From positions 30,628,001 through 30,692,000 of the forward strand of contig CATNEN010000038.1 in the NCBI GenBank assembly GCA_950097015.1: 64,000 bases of DNA, given 5' to 3'. Source of the DNA: Macrostomum hystrix. Taxonomy: Eukaryota > Animalia > Platyhelminthes. Of the stretch, positions 14,336-27,432 are shown in pieces. Within the stretch, counting starts at the first letter, position 1; every line of letters starts with the position of its first letter. A program made the position numbers and the translations under genes. The notes under the pieces are model-generated. The model did not search any database, had not been told where the DNA came from, and was given only the letters and a program-made list of their open reading frames with translations.

Positions 14336-14864
14336 TCTAAACCCGTTACACTTCTCCTCAACTCGTCTAAACAAACTCCAAAACTATTCACCCGCGTCTC
14401 TAACATTTGCGCTATTCCTGTTTTTAGCCTGTCCATGTTTAAATCGACCAGGGTTAGGGATTTTAGTATTAAGTTTCTTCCCATTGTCTCTGCTGAAGTG
14501 TCTCTGCGTGCCACCTTCACAAGCAGATTTCAGGCCCACACCTAGACCCCGCTTCTCAGACAAACCAGCTCATGCTGAGGAAAAGGTGACAGAAGTGAGC
14601 CTAATTTACAATTTTCCTAATCCGCTTAGAGGAAGCGAGAAGTTTTGGGAAGCGACTTTTTAAGCGCGTGAGTAGGTGAAAACTTCTCGGATGAGCATGA
14701 AAGTGAAGAAAGCAAAACTGCGCGAAAAATTATTCCGTTGGAGGCTCTTTAACGACGGGAACAAGTGAGAGTTAGTTTGTGATAATAATTGATTTGTGAT
14801 TATTCTAACCTATGTTTTGAATTTTGAAATTCTTTGCAACGTTAATGCGTTAATTCTAGATAAC

Positions 14865-15820
14865 GCTAGTTCTGGAAAGCGTCAATAAGTAAATTCGTAA
14901 TTGTTAACATGATAATTCTGGAAAGCGTTGATTTTGGAAAGCGTTGATTCTGGAAAGCGTTGGTTCTGGAAAGCGTTGATTCTGGAAAGCGTTGATTCTG
15001 GATAGCGTTGATTCTGGAAAGTGTTGATTCTGGAAAGCGTTGATTCTGGAAAGTGTTGATTCTGGAAAGCGTTGATTCTGGAAAGCGTTGATTCTGGAAA
15101 GCGTTGATTCTGGAAAGTGTTGATTCTGGAAAGCGTTAGTTCCGAAACGAGCTAATAAATTTTTTTGGAATGTGGCACTTTAATAATAATAATAATTGCA
15201 GAAGGGCAGTGGCGCATCATTTGGTGACACTGGACCCGCAGCCAGCGAGGAGGCAATTCTGCCCATTTCACTGAGCACACACTCACACAGGTGTGTACAT
15301 CTGCCCTGACTTTCTCATCGTCAGGCAGTGTACACTCTCACTGTGCCTTGGAGGTTTTTCCCTCAAGGGCGTAAATTGCACGACAAGCCACCAAGCCTTC
15401 TCTCCGCGGCTGCGGCCCAATTTAATGTGGCCCCACCGCAGATTCGAGCTCAGGACCGTGGTGCGAGAGGCAGTTTTCGTAAATTGTGATTCTCTTCATT
15501 ACTTTTATGAAGCATTAATTAAGAAAGCTTTAATTCAGAAAAGCGTTAATTCTAAAAAATCGTTTATTCTGAAGAAGCGGTAATTCCGAAAAGCGTTACT
15601 TCTGAAAAGCGTTAATTCTAGAAAGCATTAATTCAGAAAGCGTTAATTCTAAAAGCGTTACTTCTGAAAAGCGTTAATTCTAGAAAGCATTAATTCAGAA
15701 AGCGTTAATTCTAAAAGCGTTACTTCTGAAAAGCGTTAATTCTGAAAAGCGTTAATTCTAAAAGCGTTAATTCTAAAAGCGTTAATTCTGAAAAGCGTTT
15801 TTTCAGAGTAGCGTTAATTT
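14865..15820. repeat. 15-16-bp TTGATTCTGGAAAGCG / TTAATTCTAAAAGCG array split by the putative SINE
   Basis: Related units at 14865-15140 and 15520-15820. Confidence 0.8.
15178..15475 (-). mobile_element. Putative second tRNA-derived SINE family member with (TTA)n tail
   Basis: Minus-strand B-box-like GAGCTCGAATC (15441-51); (AAT)n at 15180-95; related fragment at ~31364-31442 (atctgccctg, tcaagggc, gcagattcgagctca). Confidence 0.45.
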
Positions 15821-16526
15821 AGAAAAACAAAAGTTCTAAAAATTAATAGTACGAAAAAAATTTTTTGGTTTTAAGCGTTTATACTTACTAAGTATAAATA
15901 TTTACAAAAATACATAGGTGATTGCACCACATCACGGTCGTATTGAGAAGTTATGCAGTGAATCAAAATACTAATTCTATGTGCATTAATTAGTAGAACT
16001 GAAATCTATGCACAATATAAACAGAATGATAAACGTCATTGGAGTTCATGGAATTTGGGATTTTAGTATAACACTCAAAGCATTCCCTACCAGTGACTGC
16101 TATTGAGGATAAACCTCCCCTCTATCACATGAGGATTTCGCTGTTAATGCGCTTCGCTAAGCACTTGACCGCCGAGGGCATTGGTTGGGATTATTTATTC
16201 CTGGATTCTTGGAATAAATTCCCCCCCTGCCACTGCGGCCACTTCATGGCTATCATTTATTTCACACTAAAGTAATGTGCCGTAGTCTGAGCTGAAGAGT
16301 GCTTAAATGAACTATTTTTATAGAGACAAAACTAGAGAAAATCAAACAGAGCAAAGAGAATAGGTTCCCTAAATAAACTGACGGAGCTGTTTGCTTGTTC
16401 TGGCAAGCTGGTGTAAAAGAAATTAAGAAAATATTTTATTTGAAAAATGTTTGTCAGTTTGAACTGCTTTTTACCTTTTTAGTGCAACGCTACCCTTATT
16501 CATTAAACACAGTTCCCAGTTTGAGC

Positions 16527-16794
16527 CTCACTCACTCACTCACTCACTCACTCACTCACCCACTCACTCACTCACTCACTCACTCAATCACTCACTCACT
16601 CACTCACTCACTCACCCACTCACTCACTCACTCACTCACCCACTCACTCACTCACTCACTCACTCACTCACTCACTCACTCACTCACTCACTCACTCACT
16701 CACTCACTCACTCACTCACTCACTCACTCACTCAATCACTCACTCACTCACTCACTCACTCACTCACTCACTCACTCAATCACTCACTCACTCA
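16527..16794. repeat. (CTCA)n microsatellite
   Basis: Seen directly. Confidence 0.97.
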
Positions 16795-17449
16795 CGGTGA
16801 CTCATATAGTCATAGAATAGAAAGCATAAAAAAACATAACGCCAGTCAGTTTGAAGTGTACAAAATTGCGGTCTCTGTCAAAGAAGACTTTGAGCAGAAG
16901 TGCGAAAGCAGGAAATTGATGTTGACAACAGCTTTGTAATCTATTTTTTTCTGTCGCAATCTTCGCAGAAACAGCATTTTTTTCTATGTTTAATACGCTA
17001 AGCCATTTTTTCAACTAAGAGCTTGTCTGCTTGGAACTGTAATACTGATACTATTAGAATATTTAGTCAAATGCCAATATATTGTTTAATATTTCTCTGA
17101 CAAAACTGATGTCAATCAAGCAAGGATTTGAATCAGGCTCATTATTTTTGCATGTATCCATCTAAACTAATACCTCGTTTATGTTGGCAGGCAGTCTTCA
17201 AGAACCACTTTTTACATTTTCATGAATCACATTTATGCCTCCCTGGTCTGAAAGGGTCCCATGCTGCTAGGTTTAAGTTATTATACATTTATGAGACAGG
17301 TATTGGACACTGAAGACAATAGGCATTTGCTGTGTGCCTGTAATCTATACGCTAGACAAACTTCTACTGCCACTGGGGCATTAATTAAGTCGACAGTGTT
17401 TAACTCCCTTCTCAATCTTGTCCCTCTCTCCGCTTTCCTGTAGCCATCT

Positions 17450-17970
17450 CTCCCCCTATCCCTCTCTCCTCTGCTTCTCTCCCTCTCCCTCTCTCCCTCT
17501 CTCTCCCTCTCCGTCTCCCTATCTCCCTCTCTCACCCTCTCCGTCTCCCTATCTCCCTCTCTCTCCCTCTCCGTCTCCCTATCTCCCTCTCTCTCCCTCT
17601 CCGTCTCCCTATCTCCCTCTCTCACCCTCTCCGTCTCCCTATCTCCCTCTCTCTCCCTCTCCGTCTCCCTATCTCCCTCTCTCACCCTCTCCGTCTCCCT
17701 ATCTCCCTCTCTCACCCTCTCCGTCTCCCTATCTCCCTCTCTCACCCTCTCCGTCTCCCTATCTCCCTCTCTCACCCTCTCCGTCTCCCTATCTCCCTCT
17801 CTCACCCTCTCCGTCTCCCTATCTCCCTCTCTCACCCTCTCCGTCTCCCTATCTCCCTCTCTCACCCTCTCCGTCTCCCTATCTCCCTCTCTCACCCTCT
17901 CCGTCTCCTATCTCCCTCTCTCACCCTCTCCGTCTCCCTCTCCCTCTCCCTCTCCCTCCCTCTCCCTCTC
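17450..17970. repeat. 30-bp CT-rich minisatellite CTCTCCGTCTCCCTATCTCCCTCTCTCACC
   Basis: Seen directly. Confidence 0.92.
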
Positions 17971-18365
17971 ACCCACTACATTATTTAACCAAGAAACAGA
18001 GATTCGCTTTCAACTTGTAATGTTTCGTAAGTTGCATAACAGTCAACACGCACAAAAGTTATTGCCGTAGCAATGTTCGCTTCGCTTGAAAAATAGTTTT
18101 TCCTCAATAGCGCAGGTAATTCTCTAGTTCTTTTTCAGATATTCAGCTTTTGCTTTTGCAGAAAAAGCTATTCTTACTTCTTTATAAAGGACTTCTAAAT
18201 TTTTGTCAACTTCGTTTAGCTGAAATGTTTGACACAAGTTACACTTGAAGGTACTTGACTACATAAAAAATATTTAGCCTTTAATTTTTAGAAGAGTGCA
18301 TCCTTTAAAATGCATAGTTTTATAGGTAATAACTATGATCAGATATGAAAATACACAAGCAACAA

Positions 18366-19306
18366 TTCAGTTGGTCATTCAGCTACTCACTCAGTTGGTC
18401 ATTCAGCTACTCTCTCTGTTGGTCATTCAGCTACTCATTCAGTTGGTCATTCAGCTACTCATTCAGTTGGTCATTCAGCTACTCTCTCTGTTGGTCATTC
18501 AGCTACTCATTCAGTTGGTCATTCAGCTACTCATTCAGTTGGTCATTCAGCTACTCACTCAGTTGGTCATTCAGCTACTCATTCAGTTGGTCATTCAGCT
18601 ACTCATTCAGTTGGTCATTCAGCTACTCATTCAGTTGGTCATTCAGCTACTCATTCAGTTGGTCATTCAGCTACTCACTCAGTTGGTCATTCAGCTACTC
18701 ACGCAGTTGGTCATTCAGCTACTCATTCAGTTGGTCATTCAGCTACTCATTCAGTTGGTCATTCAGCTACTCTCTCAGTTGGTCATTCAGCTACTCACTC
18801 AGTTGGTCATTCAGCTACTCACTCAGTTGGACATTCAGCTACTCACTCAGTTGGTCATTCAGCTACTCACTCAGTTGGTCATTCAGCTACTCACTCAGTT
18901 GGTCATTCAGCTACTCACTCAGTTGGTCATTCAGCTACTCACTCAGTTGGTCATTCAGCTACTCATTCAGTTGATCATTCAGCTACTCATTCAGTTGGTC
19001 ATTCAGCTACTCATTCAGTTGGTCATTCAGCTACTCTCTCTGTTGGTCATTCAGCTACTCACTCAGTTGGTCATTCAGCTACTCACTCAGTTGGACATTC
19101 AGCTACTCACTCAGTTGGTCATTCAGCTACTCACTCAGTTGGTCATTCAGCTACTCACTCAGTTGGTCATTCAGCAACTCATTCAGTTGGTCATTCAGCC
19201 ACTCATTCAGTTGTTTAATCAGCTACTCATTCAGTTGGTTAATCAGCTACTCACTCAGTTGATCATTCAGCTACTCACTCAGTTGGTCTTTCAGCAACTC
19301 ATTCAG
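18366..19306. repeat. 24-bp (2x12) minisatellite CAGTTGGTCATT-CAGCTACTCATT
   Basis: Seen directly. Confidence 0.95.
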
Positions 19307-20118
19307 CCCCATCAAACAAAAACAGAATGCAGAAAATGAATTTCAAACAGTTAACTTTACAATCTGTACTCATGAAAACAATCGACAGCTATTGTATTTT
19401 CATAATCACTAACATTTGATCATACAATGAGCTTGCATAGTACAGAGATTACTAGATTTCTATAGCTATAGAAAATCAACCCACGACCAATTGTCTCAAA
19501 CTCATAACCTATAGATTGTGAGTTTGAAATTATATAGCTATGTTTACAACATAATTCACACGGCCACTTTATAGTTCAGGCAGTACAAAACCACCTAGTT
19601 ACAAGAATCGTATTTTCGTTTACTCATCGTCGGTTTTTGTTCAGAAAAAAAATTATTTGATAATACCAAATCTGCAAATAACATGGAACACCTAATACAG
19701 AAGCTATATCGATTGGTAAAAATTTGTTTAAGCGAAGCTAATTGAAATTGAAAGAAGAGGAAATTAGATTTCTAGATTACAACCCGTCCCACTCCTAGTT
19801 ACAGACCGGCCGATAATGCTTTTTGTGTATTTGCCAATTTACACATTCTGTATCCATGCTGACCGTGTATCACATCTTTCTATTCCTTTTATCAATATAA
19901 AATTGCTTTGAAGAAGTCAATGTGACAATTAATTTATAGTCGATTCATTTGCTTAGTGACCCGTAAATTTATGCATTACTTTTCTGTTTGAACCTGACTG
20001 AAAATTGGGAAAAAATGAGGTTTCTCGTTTCTTTTCTTTTTTTAAAGTTTAAGTTTCACCAAGACAGCAGAAAATACTGCGACCTGAAATATATGACCTG
20101 CCCAAGTTTCAAATACCC

Positions 20119-21605
20119 ATCTCTCCCCTGTCTCATCTCTCCTGTGTCTCATCTCTTCCCTGTCTCATCTCTTCCCTGTCTCATCTCTCCTGTGTCTCAT
20201 CTCTTCCCTGTCTCATCACTCCCCTGTCTCATCTCTCCCGTGTCTCATCTCTTCCCTGTCTCATCTCTCCTGTGTCTCATCTCTTCCCTGTCTCATCTCT
20301 TCCCTGTCTCATCTCTCCTGTGTCTCATCTCTTCCCTGTCTCATCACTCCCCTGTCTCATCTCTCCCGTGTCTCATCTCTTCCCTGTCTCATCACTCCCC
20401 TGTCTCATCTCTCCCGTGTCTCATCTCTTCCCTGTCTCATCTCTCCTGTGTCTCATCTCTTCCCTGTCTCATCACTCCCCTGTCTCATCTCTCCCGTGTC
20501 TCATCTCTCCTGTGTCTCATCTCTTCCCTGTCTCATCACTCCCCTGTCTCATCTCTCCCGTGTCTCATCTCTCCTGTGTCTCATCTCTCCCCTGTCTCAT
20601 CACTCCCCTGTCTCATCTCTCCCGTGTCTCATCTCTCCTGTGTCTCATCTCTCCCGTGTCTCATCACTCCCCTGTCTCATCTCTCCCGTGTCTCATCTCT
20701 CATCTGTCAAGTTTCACAAGTTTCTAATACTCATCTCTCCTCTGTCTCATCTCTCCCGTGTCTCATCTCTCCTGTGTCTCATCTCTCCCCTGTCTCATCA
20801 CTCCCCTGTCTCATCTCTCCCGTGTCTCATCTCTCCTGTGTCTCATCTCTCCCGTGTCTCATCACTCCCCTGTCTCATCTCTCCCGTGTCTCATCTCTCA
20901 TCTGTCAAGTTTCACAAGTTTCTAATACTCATCTCTCCTCTGTCTCATCTCTCCAGTGTCTCATCTCTCATCTGTCTCATCTCTCCCCTGTCTCATCTCT
21001 CCCCTGTCTCATCTCTCCCCTGTCTCATCTCTCCCCTGTCTCATCTCTCTCCTGTCTCATCTCTCATCGGTCTCATCTCTCCCCTGTCTCATCTCTCCCC
21101 TGTCTCATCTCTCATCTGTCTCATCCCTCCCTTGTCTCATCTGTCCCGTGTCTCAACTCTCCCCTGTCTCATCTCTCCCCTGTCTCATCTCTCATCTGTC
21201 TCATCCCTCCCTTGTCTCATCTGTCCCGTGTCTCCTCTCTCCCCTGTCTCATCTCTCCCCTGTCTCATCTCTCCGCTGTCTCATCTCTCCCTTTTCTCAT
21301 CTCTCCCGTGTCTCATCTCTTATCTGTCTCATCTCTCCCCTGTCTCATCTCTCATCGGTCTCATCTCTCCCCTGTCTCATCTCTCATCGGTCTCATCTCT
21401 CCCCTGTCTCATCTCTCATCTGTCTCATCCCTCCCTTGTCTCATCTGTCCCGTGTCTCATCTCTCCCCTGTCTCATCTCTCCCGTCTCATCTCTCCCCTG
21501 TCTCATCTCTCCCCTGTCTCATCTCTCCCCTGTCTCATCCCTCCCTTGTCTCATCTCTCCCCTGTCTCATCTCTCCCCTGTCTCATCTCTCCCCTTTCTC
21601 ATCCC
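20119..21605. repeat. 16-bp family minisatellite CTCATCTCTCCCCTGT
   Basis: Tandem copies with higher-order duplication. Confidence 0.92.
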
Positions 21606-22143
21606 TCTCAATGCCAGTTTTCAGCAAAATGAAAGCTAGACTTTGATCAATTTGAAAAATAATTGAATACTGCTGTTTTAGTATTGCAAAAACTTACCAG
21701 AATGAAGCGCTAACTTTGAAATGAAGGCAGGATCAAGCAATTTATTGATAAATGTTAAGCTGTTTGTTTGTTATTTTCTAGAGTAATAGAACGCCTTGTC
21801 AAAGTAGATTTGCATTTTATCAAACAGTATCAGAAACTGTATTCCTGAGTTTCGATTGTTCTTGTATAAAAACAGGATCGTGAGAACTGTTCTCAGCTTG
21901 CTTTTTACGTTTCTATACGAACGAATTTGGCTAACTCAACTCGGCAACTCTTAGCAGCTGTTGTCAGGACTTATAGGCCTTGGAGACTAACCTGCCAACC
22001 CCAAGCCGCGTTTTCATTGGTTCCGATTGTTGACCAATGAGAAGGCAAGGAAAAAGTGTCAATGCAGCTTTTAGAAAATATGCCAGGACTTGCAGTGGTG
22101 ATCGAATCATAGGAACTATTAGTCACAATGGAACTTATCGTGC

Positions 22144-23576
22144 CTCACTCACTCACTCACTCACCCACTCACTCACTCACTCACTCACTCACTCACTCAC
22201 TCAATCACTCACTCACTCACTCACCCACTCACTCACTCACTCACTCACTCACTCACTCACTCACTCAATCACTCACTCACTCACTCAATCACTCACTCAC
22301 TCACTCACTCACTCAATCACTCACTCACTCACTCACTCACTCACTCACTCACTCACTCACTCACTCACTCACTCACTCACTCACTCACTTACTCACTCAC
22401 TCAATCACTCACTCACTCACTCACTCAATCACTCACTCACTCACTCACTCAATCACTCAATCACTCACTCACTCACTCACTTACTCACTCACTCACTCAC
22501 TCACTCAATCACTCACTCACTCACTCACTCACTCAATCACTCACTCACTCACTCACTCACTCAATCACTCACTCACTCACTCACTCGCTCACTCACTCAC
22601 TCAATCACTCAATCACTCACTCACTCACTCACTCACTCACTCACTCACTCAATCACTCAATCACTCACTCACTCACTCACTCACTCAATCACTCACTCAC
22701 TCACTCACTCACTCACTCACTCACTCACTCACTCACTCACTCACTCACTCAATCACTCACTCACTCACTCACTCACTCAATCACTCACTCACTCACTCAC
22801 TCACTCACTCACTCACTCACTCACTCAATCACTCACTCACTCACTCACTCAATCACTCAATCACTCACTCACTCACTCACTTACTCACTCACTCACTCAC
22901 TCACTCACTCACTCAATCACTCACTCACTCACTCACTCACTCACTCACTCACTCACTCACTCACTCACTCACTCACTCACTCACTCACTCACTCACTCAC
23001 TCACTTACTCACTCACTCAATCACTCACTCACTCACTCACTCAATCACTCACTCACTCACTCACTCAATCACTCAATCACTCACTCACTCACTCACTTAC
23101 TCACTCACTCACTCACTCACTCAATCACTCACTCACTCACTCACTCACTCAATCACTCACTCACTCACTCACTCACTCAATCACTCACTCACTCACTCAC
23201 TCGCTCACTCACTCACTCAATCACTCAATCACTCACTCACTCACTCACTCACTCACTCACTCACTCAATCACTCAATCACTCACTCACTCACTCACTCAC
23301 TCAATCACTCACTCACTCACTCACTCACTCACTCACTCACTCACTCACTCACTCACTCACTCACTCAATCACTCACTCACTCACTCACTCACTCAATCAC
23401 TCACTCACTCACTCACTCACTCACTCACTCACTCACTCACTCAATCACTCAATCACTCACTCACTCACTCACTCACTCACTCACTCACTCACTCAATCAC
23501 TCACTCACTCACTCACTCACTCACTCACTCACTCAATCACTCACTCACTCACTCACTCACTCACTCACTCACTCAC
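22144..23576. repeat. 1.4-kb (CTCA)n microsatellite with ATCA variants
   Basis: Seen directly. Confidence 0.97.
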
Positions 23577-24193
23577 AAACAACGATTTAAATTTATCACA
23601 CAAAATACTAAACTTTTAAATTTGCACTGATTATTTCTGATTTGCATTTTGTCTAATGCATGTCTGTGCATGTAGGCTCATGCGTGTCTTTATGAACAGA
23701 ATTGCACAGAATAATGTTACGTATATTTCAAACAGTAAACACATAGGACATGCTTAGCAAGTTTTATAACAGCAATCTAGTATAAAGTATTTCTTTTTAG
23801 CAATCAGAAAGATTTATTTGTATACCTTGCTTTAGTATGAGAGGTCAGGAAGTGGATAATTAGTGAAAGAATTAGAGATAAGGTTAGAGAATTGAGAGAT
23901 AAGGTGAGATAATTGAGAGATAAGGACAGATAGGACAGATGGTAACAGAAATGTTGTGTACACCATTGCTGTTAAACATAAATGATACAGACTCATTTTT
24001 AGCGAAAAACATGACGATTAAATTTACACGAAACAATTACCAGACACCAAAAATAAAATTTTTCATCTATACATACTTCGCTTCTAATTGTGTACAAATT
24101 AATTTAGAGCAAATTGTTAAATTGAATAGCGGTTTAATTCGTTTAAATAAATGCCATGATTCATTTCAAATTAAGGTTTTCTAAGAAAACTGT

Positions 24194-24294
24194 TCACACA
24201 ACAACCTCGTAAATGACTTTTCTAGGCGGCGGTGGCGGAGACAAACCGCTGCTGAAGTAACAGCCACTGTCGGTCGCATCCGAGCCGTAGGAAA
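24194..24294 (-). CDS. Echinoid-like gene terminal coding exon ending RKVIYEVVV*
   Basis: ttattttctccag acceptor; ISYGSDATDSGCYFSSGLSPPPPPRKVIYEVVV-TGA; hydrophobic PDZ-binding C-terminus. Confidence 0.88.
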
Positions 24295-24377
24295 CTGGAG
24301 AAAATAAAATACGATGCGTTTTTACTCGTGTTACTACTGATACACATTAAGAAGTAGGATAGTTTGCACATTTTTTA

Positions 24378-24686
24378 TTAATTGTAATTTAATAATTGAT
24401 TACACCTGCCGAATTGGGTCAGATGTGCAGCCGACAGCACAGCCGCAGCCAATGCGCGGCGCATCTGAAGGCTGCGTACAGCTGTTCAGTCCATGGACTG
24501 GGGAGACGCCACACCCAAATTCAATTATCCCAGCTGATGCTGGTACCCATTTAACAGCTGGGTGAACTGAAGCAATGCAGAGTTAAGTGTCTTGCTAAAG
24601 GACACAAATTGTTCCAGTGGAGTTGCGAATCGAACCCTCGACCTTCAAGTCGTGAGTCCGACGCCCTAAACACTAGGCTACAAACC
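24378..24686 (-). mobile_element. tRNA-derived SINE with CORE-like central domain, full length, in the last intron
   Basis: Minus strand: A-box TAGCCTAGTG (24671-80), B-box GGTTCGATTC (24627-36), then GTGTCCTTTAGCAAGACACTTAAC...CAGCTGTTAAATGGG, then AT-rich tail; candidate TSD TTTTTTA at 24371-77 and 24687-93; second copy at 61241. Confidence 0.8.
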
Positions 24687-24705
24687 TTTTTTAAGAATAG
24701 CTTAC

Positions 24706-25022
24706 TATGCTGCATCTGCTGCTTCGCCAACTGAGGCTGCTGACTGAAATTGTACAGCTGATGCTGGTCCAAGTATCTCGGAGGTACAGGACTGCTGGAG
24801 CTGCCGTTGGTTAGGCTGAAACTGCCCGAGTCCAAGCATGTCTCCTGAGTCTGGTTTGACGATCTGTCCGTCAGTGCTGCCGCGGCTGCTGCCGCTCCAA
24901 CTAATTGACTGTGGGCCTGCGATCTGTGACTACGGATGCTGGCCGTTGGATGTGCTGCTGCTGCTGCTGTTGCTGTTGCTGCTTCATCAGCAGCGGGTAT
25001 TGACTTGAAGTCAGGGAGCGGT
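24706..25022 (-). CDS. Echinoid-like gene exon: cytoplasmic, low-complexity, PPRY motif (5' boundary uncertain)
   Basis: The tttcag acceptor at 25023 gives the correct phase; donor A|gtaagc; PLPDFKS...PVPPRYLD...QQMQH. Confidence 0.7.
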
Positions 25023-25299
25023 CTGAAATTTGACGGCATGGTGCAATCGTCTAGTAAAAATTCTGCTCATTCTATTGATCATGAGCACCTACACTCACAT
25101 TGTGTACAACTGCCGAGACTTTCTCATCTTCAAGTATTGTACAGATTTATTGTGCAATGGGGTGTGGCCCTCCACACCCTCCTAAATTGCACAAGCCTTG
25201 TATTAGTTGCTGCTCCACTAATATGAACACAATAATCTACTGGTAATCCTCCGAATCTCGACAGAACCCACCACCTAACAAAACCAAAGCACAGAGAAG

Positions 25300-25755
25300 C
25301 TACCACTCTACAGAACCCACCACCCCACAGAACCCTCAGAAGCCATCACCCCACAGAACCCTCAGAAGCCATCACCCCACAGAACCCTCAGAATTCGCCG
25401 CCTCACAGAAACCACAGAACCCACCACTCCGCAGAAGCCTCCACCCCACAGAACCCGCCACCCCAAATGAACCCGCCATCCCACAGAACCCGCCACCCCA
25501 AATAAACCCGCCACCCCAAAGAAAACTCCGCACCACAGAACCCCCCGCCCCAAAAAACCCGACACCCCACAGAACCCGCCACCCCACAGAACCCGCCACC
25601 CCAAATGAACCCGCCACCCTAAAGAACCCGCCACCCCACAGAACCCGCCACCCCACAGAACCCGCCACCCCACAGAACCCGCCACACCAAAGAACCCTCC
25701 GCCCCACAGAACCCGCCACCCCACAGAACCCCCCAGAAACCGCCACCCCATAGAA
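25300..25755. repeat. 17-bp intronic minisatellite CAGAACCCGCCACCCCA
   Basis: Seen directly. Confidence 0.88.
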
Positions 25756-25792
25756 ACTGCAGCAAAATCTGCTGCTACAACAGGCCACTCAC

Positions 25793-25961
25793 TGAGAAGT
25801 CGCATTGGAGCTGCCAGTCTTGCCCTGGCCTCTAGAACTGTTGCATCGTCGCACGCACAGGCAGACAAGAGCCACGCCTAGTATTGCCACAATGCAGGAG
25901 CAAGCGCATGTGACTAGAATGATGGCCGCAGTGGACACACTTGCCAACTGTGAGCCAGATG
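25793..25961 (-). CDS. Echinoid-like gene exon: transmembrane helix
   Basis: ttgctgcag| ... CA|gtgagt; AAIILVTCACSCIVAILGVALVCLCV followed by RR stop-transfer. Confidence 0.9.
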
Positions 25962-26047
25962 CTGCAGCAAAAGTACATTTTTCGGTTTGTTTAGAAATCT
26001 TTTTTTTCGCATTAAAGTTTCCCAGATCTTTTAGTCGCTTAACTCAC

Positions 26048-26219
26048 CAGTGTAAGTAGTATATGGCGCACCGCAGACATCAGGTCTAACCTTTAGGCAC
26101 AGGGAAACTCGATAAAGTTTAGATGGATCATCCAGCTTTAGTTTAGTGTCACCGTTGGATTTGGCCAATGGTGAGCAGTTGAGCACTGTCAACCATGAGT
26201 CTCCGCCATCTGTGGAAGT
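26048..26219 (-). CDS. Echinoid-like gene exon: membrane-proximal degenerate FN3
   Basis: atcgcag| ... G|gtgagt; 172 nt, phase 0-1; TSTDGGDSW...YRVSLCLKVRPDVCG. Confidence 0.88.
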
Positions 26220-26266
26220 CTGCGATTTGAGATAAATTAGAGTTAAAGTAACTTATCTACTTGCAC

Positions 26267-26644
26267 TCGGGTTTTGAACCCATCCCTCGGGTCTTGAACC
26301 CATCCCTCGGGTCTTGAACCCATCCCTCGGGTCTTGAACCCATCCCTCGGGTCTTGAACCCATCCCTCGGGTCTTGAACCCATCCCTCGGGTCTTGAACC
26401 CATCCCTCGGGTTTTGAACCCATCCCTCGGGTCTTGAACCCATCCCTCGGGTCTTGAACCCATCCCTCGGGTTTTGAACCCATCCCTCGGGTCTTGAATC
26501 CCTAACTCTTGACCCCCTTGGCTCTTGACCCCCTTGCCTCTTGACCCCCTTGGCTCTTGACCCCCTTGGCTCTTGACCCCCTTGGCTCTTGACCCCCTTG
26601 GCTCTTGACCCCCTTGGCTCTTGACCCCCTTGGCTCTTGACCCC
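26267..26644. repeat. Two abutting intronic arrays: 20-bp TCGGGTCTTGAACCCATCCC and 16-bp CTCTTGACCCCCTTGG
   Basis: 26267-26498 and 26506-26644. Confidence 0.92.
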
Positions 26645-26662
26645 AGTGTGGATGACTCTCAC

Positions 26663-27369
26663 CTGCAGCCTGACGCAGTAGCAGCCGTCGGGACTGTCGC
26701 TGGCGCAGTCGCTGTCACCCAATCGGAAGGCCAGCACGCACTCAACTTGATTCCACCTGGGCTGGTCAGCAACTGGAAGTCGCAGGTGTCCAGTTGTAGC
26801 CGCCAATGACCCGGCCAGGTATGGCCTACCGGTGCCCAACTGATTGACAGGTGTCAGGCTAACAACGTACGCCGTGTCTGGGTAGAGATCAGTGAGCAAA
26901 AGCCGACCTTGGCTAGAGTTAACCGTGAGCTCGAAGGCCGACAAATCGCTCTTGCTGACGTTCCAGCCCCGGCAGAGCACCTTCAGGCGAGACGGCAGTC
27001 CGCCGTCGAAGCCGGGCTTCCAGCTGACCTCGATGCAATCCCAACTCAGGGTTCGAACCATGGCGCTGATTGGCGGATCCGGTTCTGAGATCGATACGGC
27101 ATGAAAAACTTGCTCGTCGTGGCCTAAAGAATTGTTTACTCGACAGGTGTAGCTGCCTAGAGACCGATTGTTGCCATGGGGATAGGGGCTGGTTAGTTGC
27201 CATGGCAACGAGTCATTGACAGCGCTGACGTTTCCAGTCAATTGCTCGCCTTCAGGATTGGTCCAGAGCACGCTGACTGGTTGGTGTGAAACAAAACGAC
27301 AGCCCGGAGTGTCGACTGTAGCACTTTGAAAGGCAACTTTGTGCCATAGATTAGTGATCTTTGGCGGCA
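26663..27369 (-). CDS. Echinoid-like gene exon: Ig7 + FN3 + start of degenerate FN3
   Basis: attgcag| ... CAG|gtgaga; 707 nt; LGSYTCRVNNSLG; PDPP...VSWKPGFDGG...LYPDTAYVV...NQLG. Confidence 0.92.
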
Positions 27370-27432
27370 CTGCAATTAAAAAATATTATTGGGAAGTTAG
27401 GCTTTAAAATAGTGCGACTGTGAGTGCATGGC

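Noticed and set aside
498-23630. Long low-complexity ORFs (SHLSP, LTHS, LIQLV, PYHLS, etc.)
   Set aside because: Stop-free frames arise trivially from tandem repeats and are open in several frames at once
24606-24686. Functional tRNA gene
   Set aside because: Acceptor and anticodon stems pair poorly and the sequence continues into a repeated SINE body
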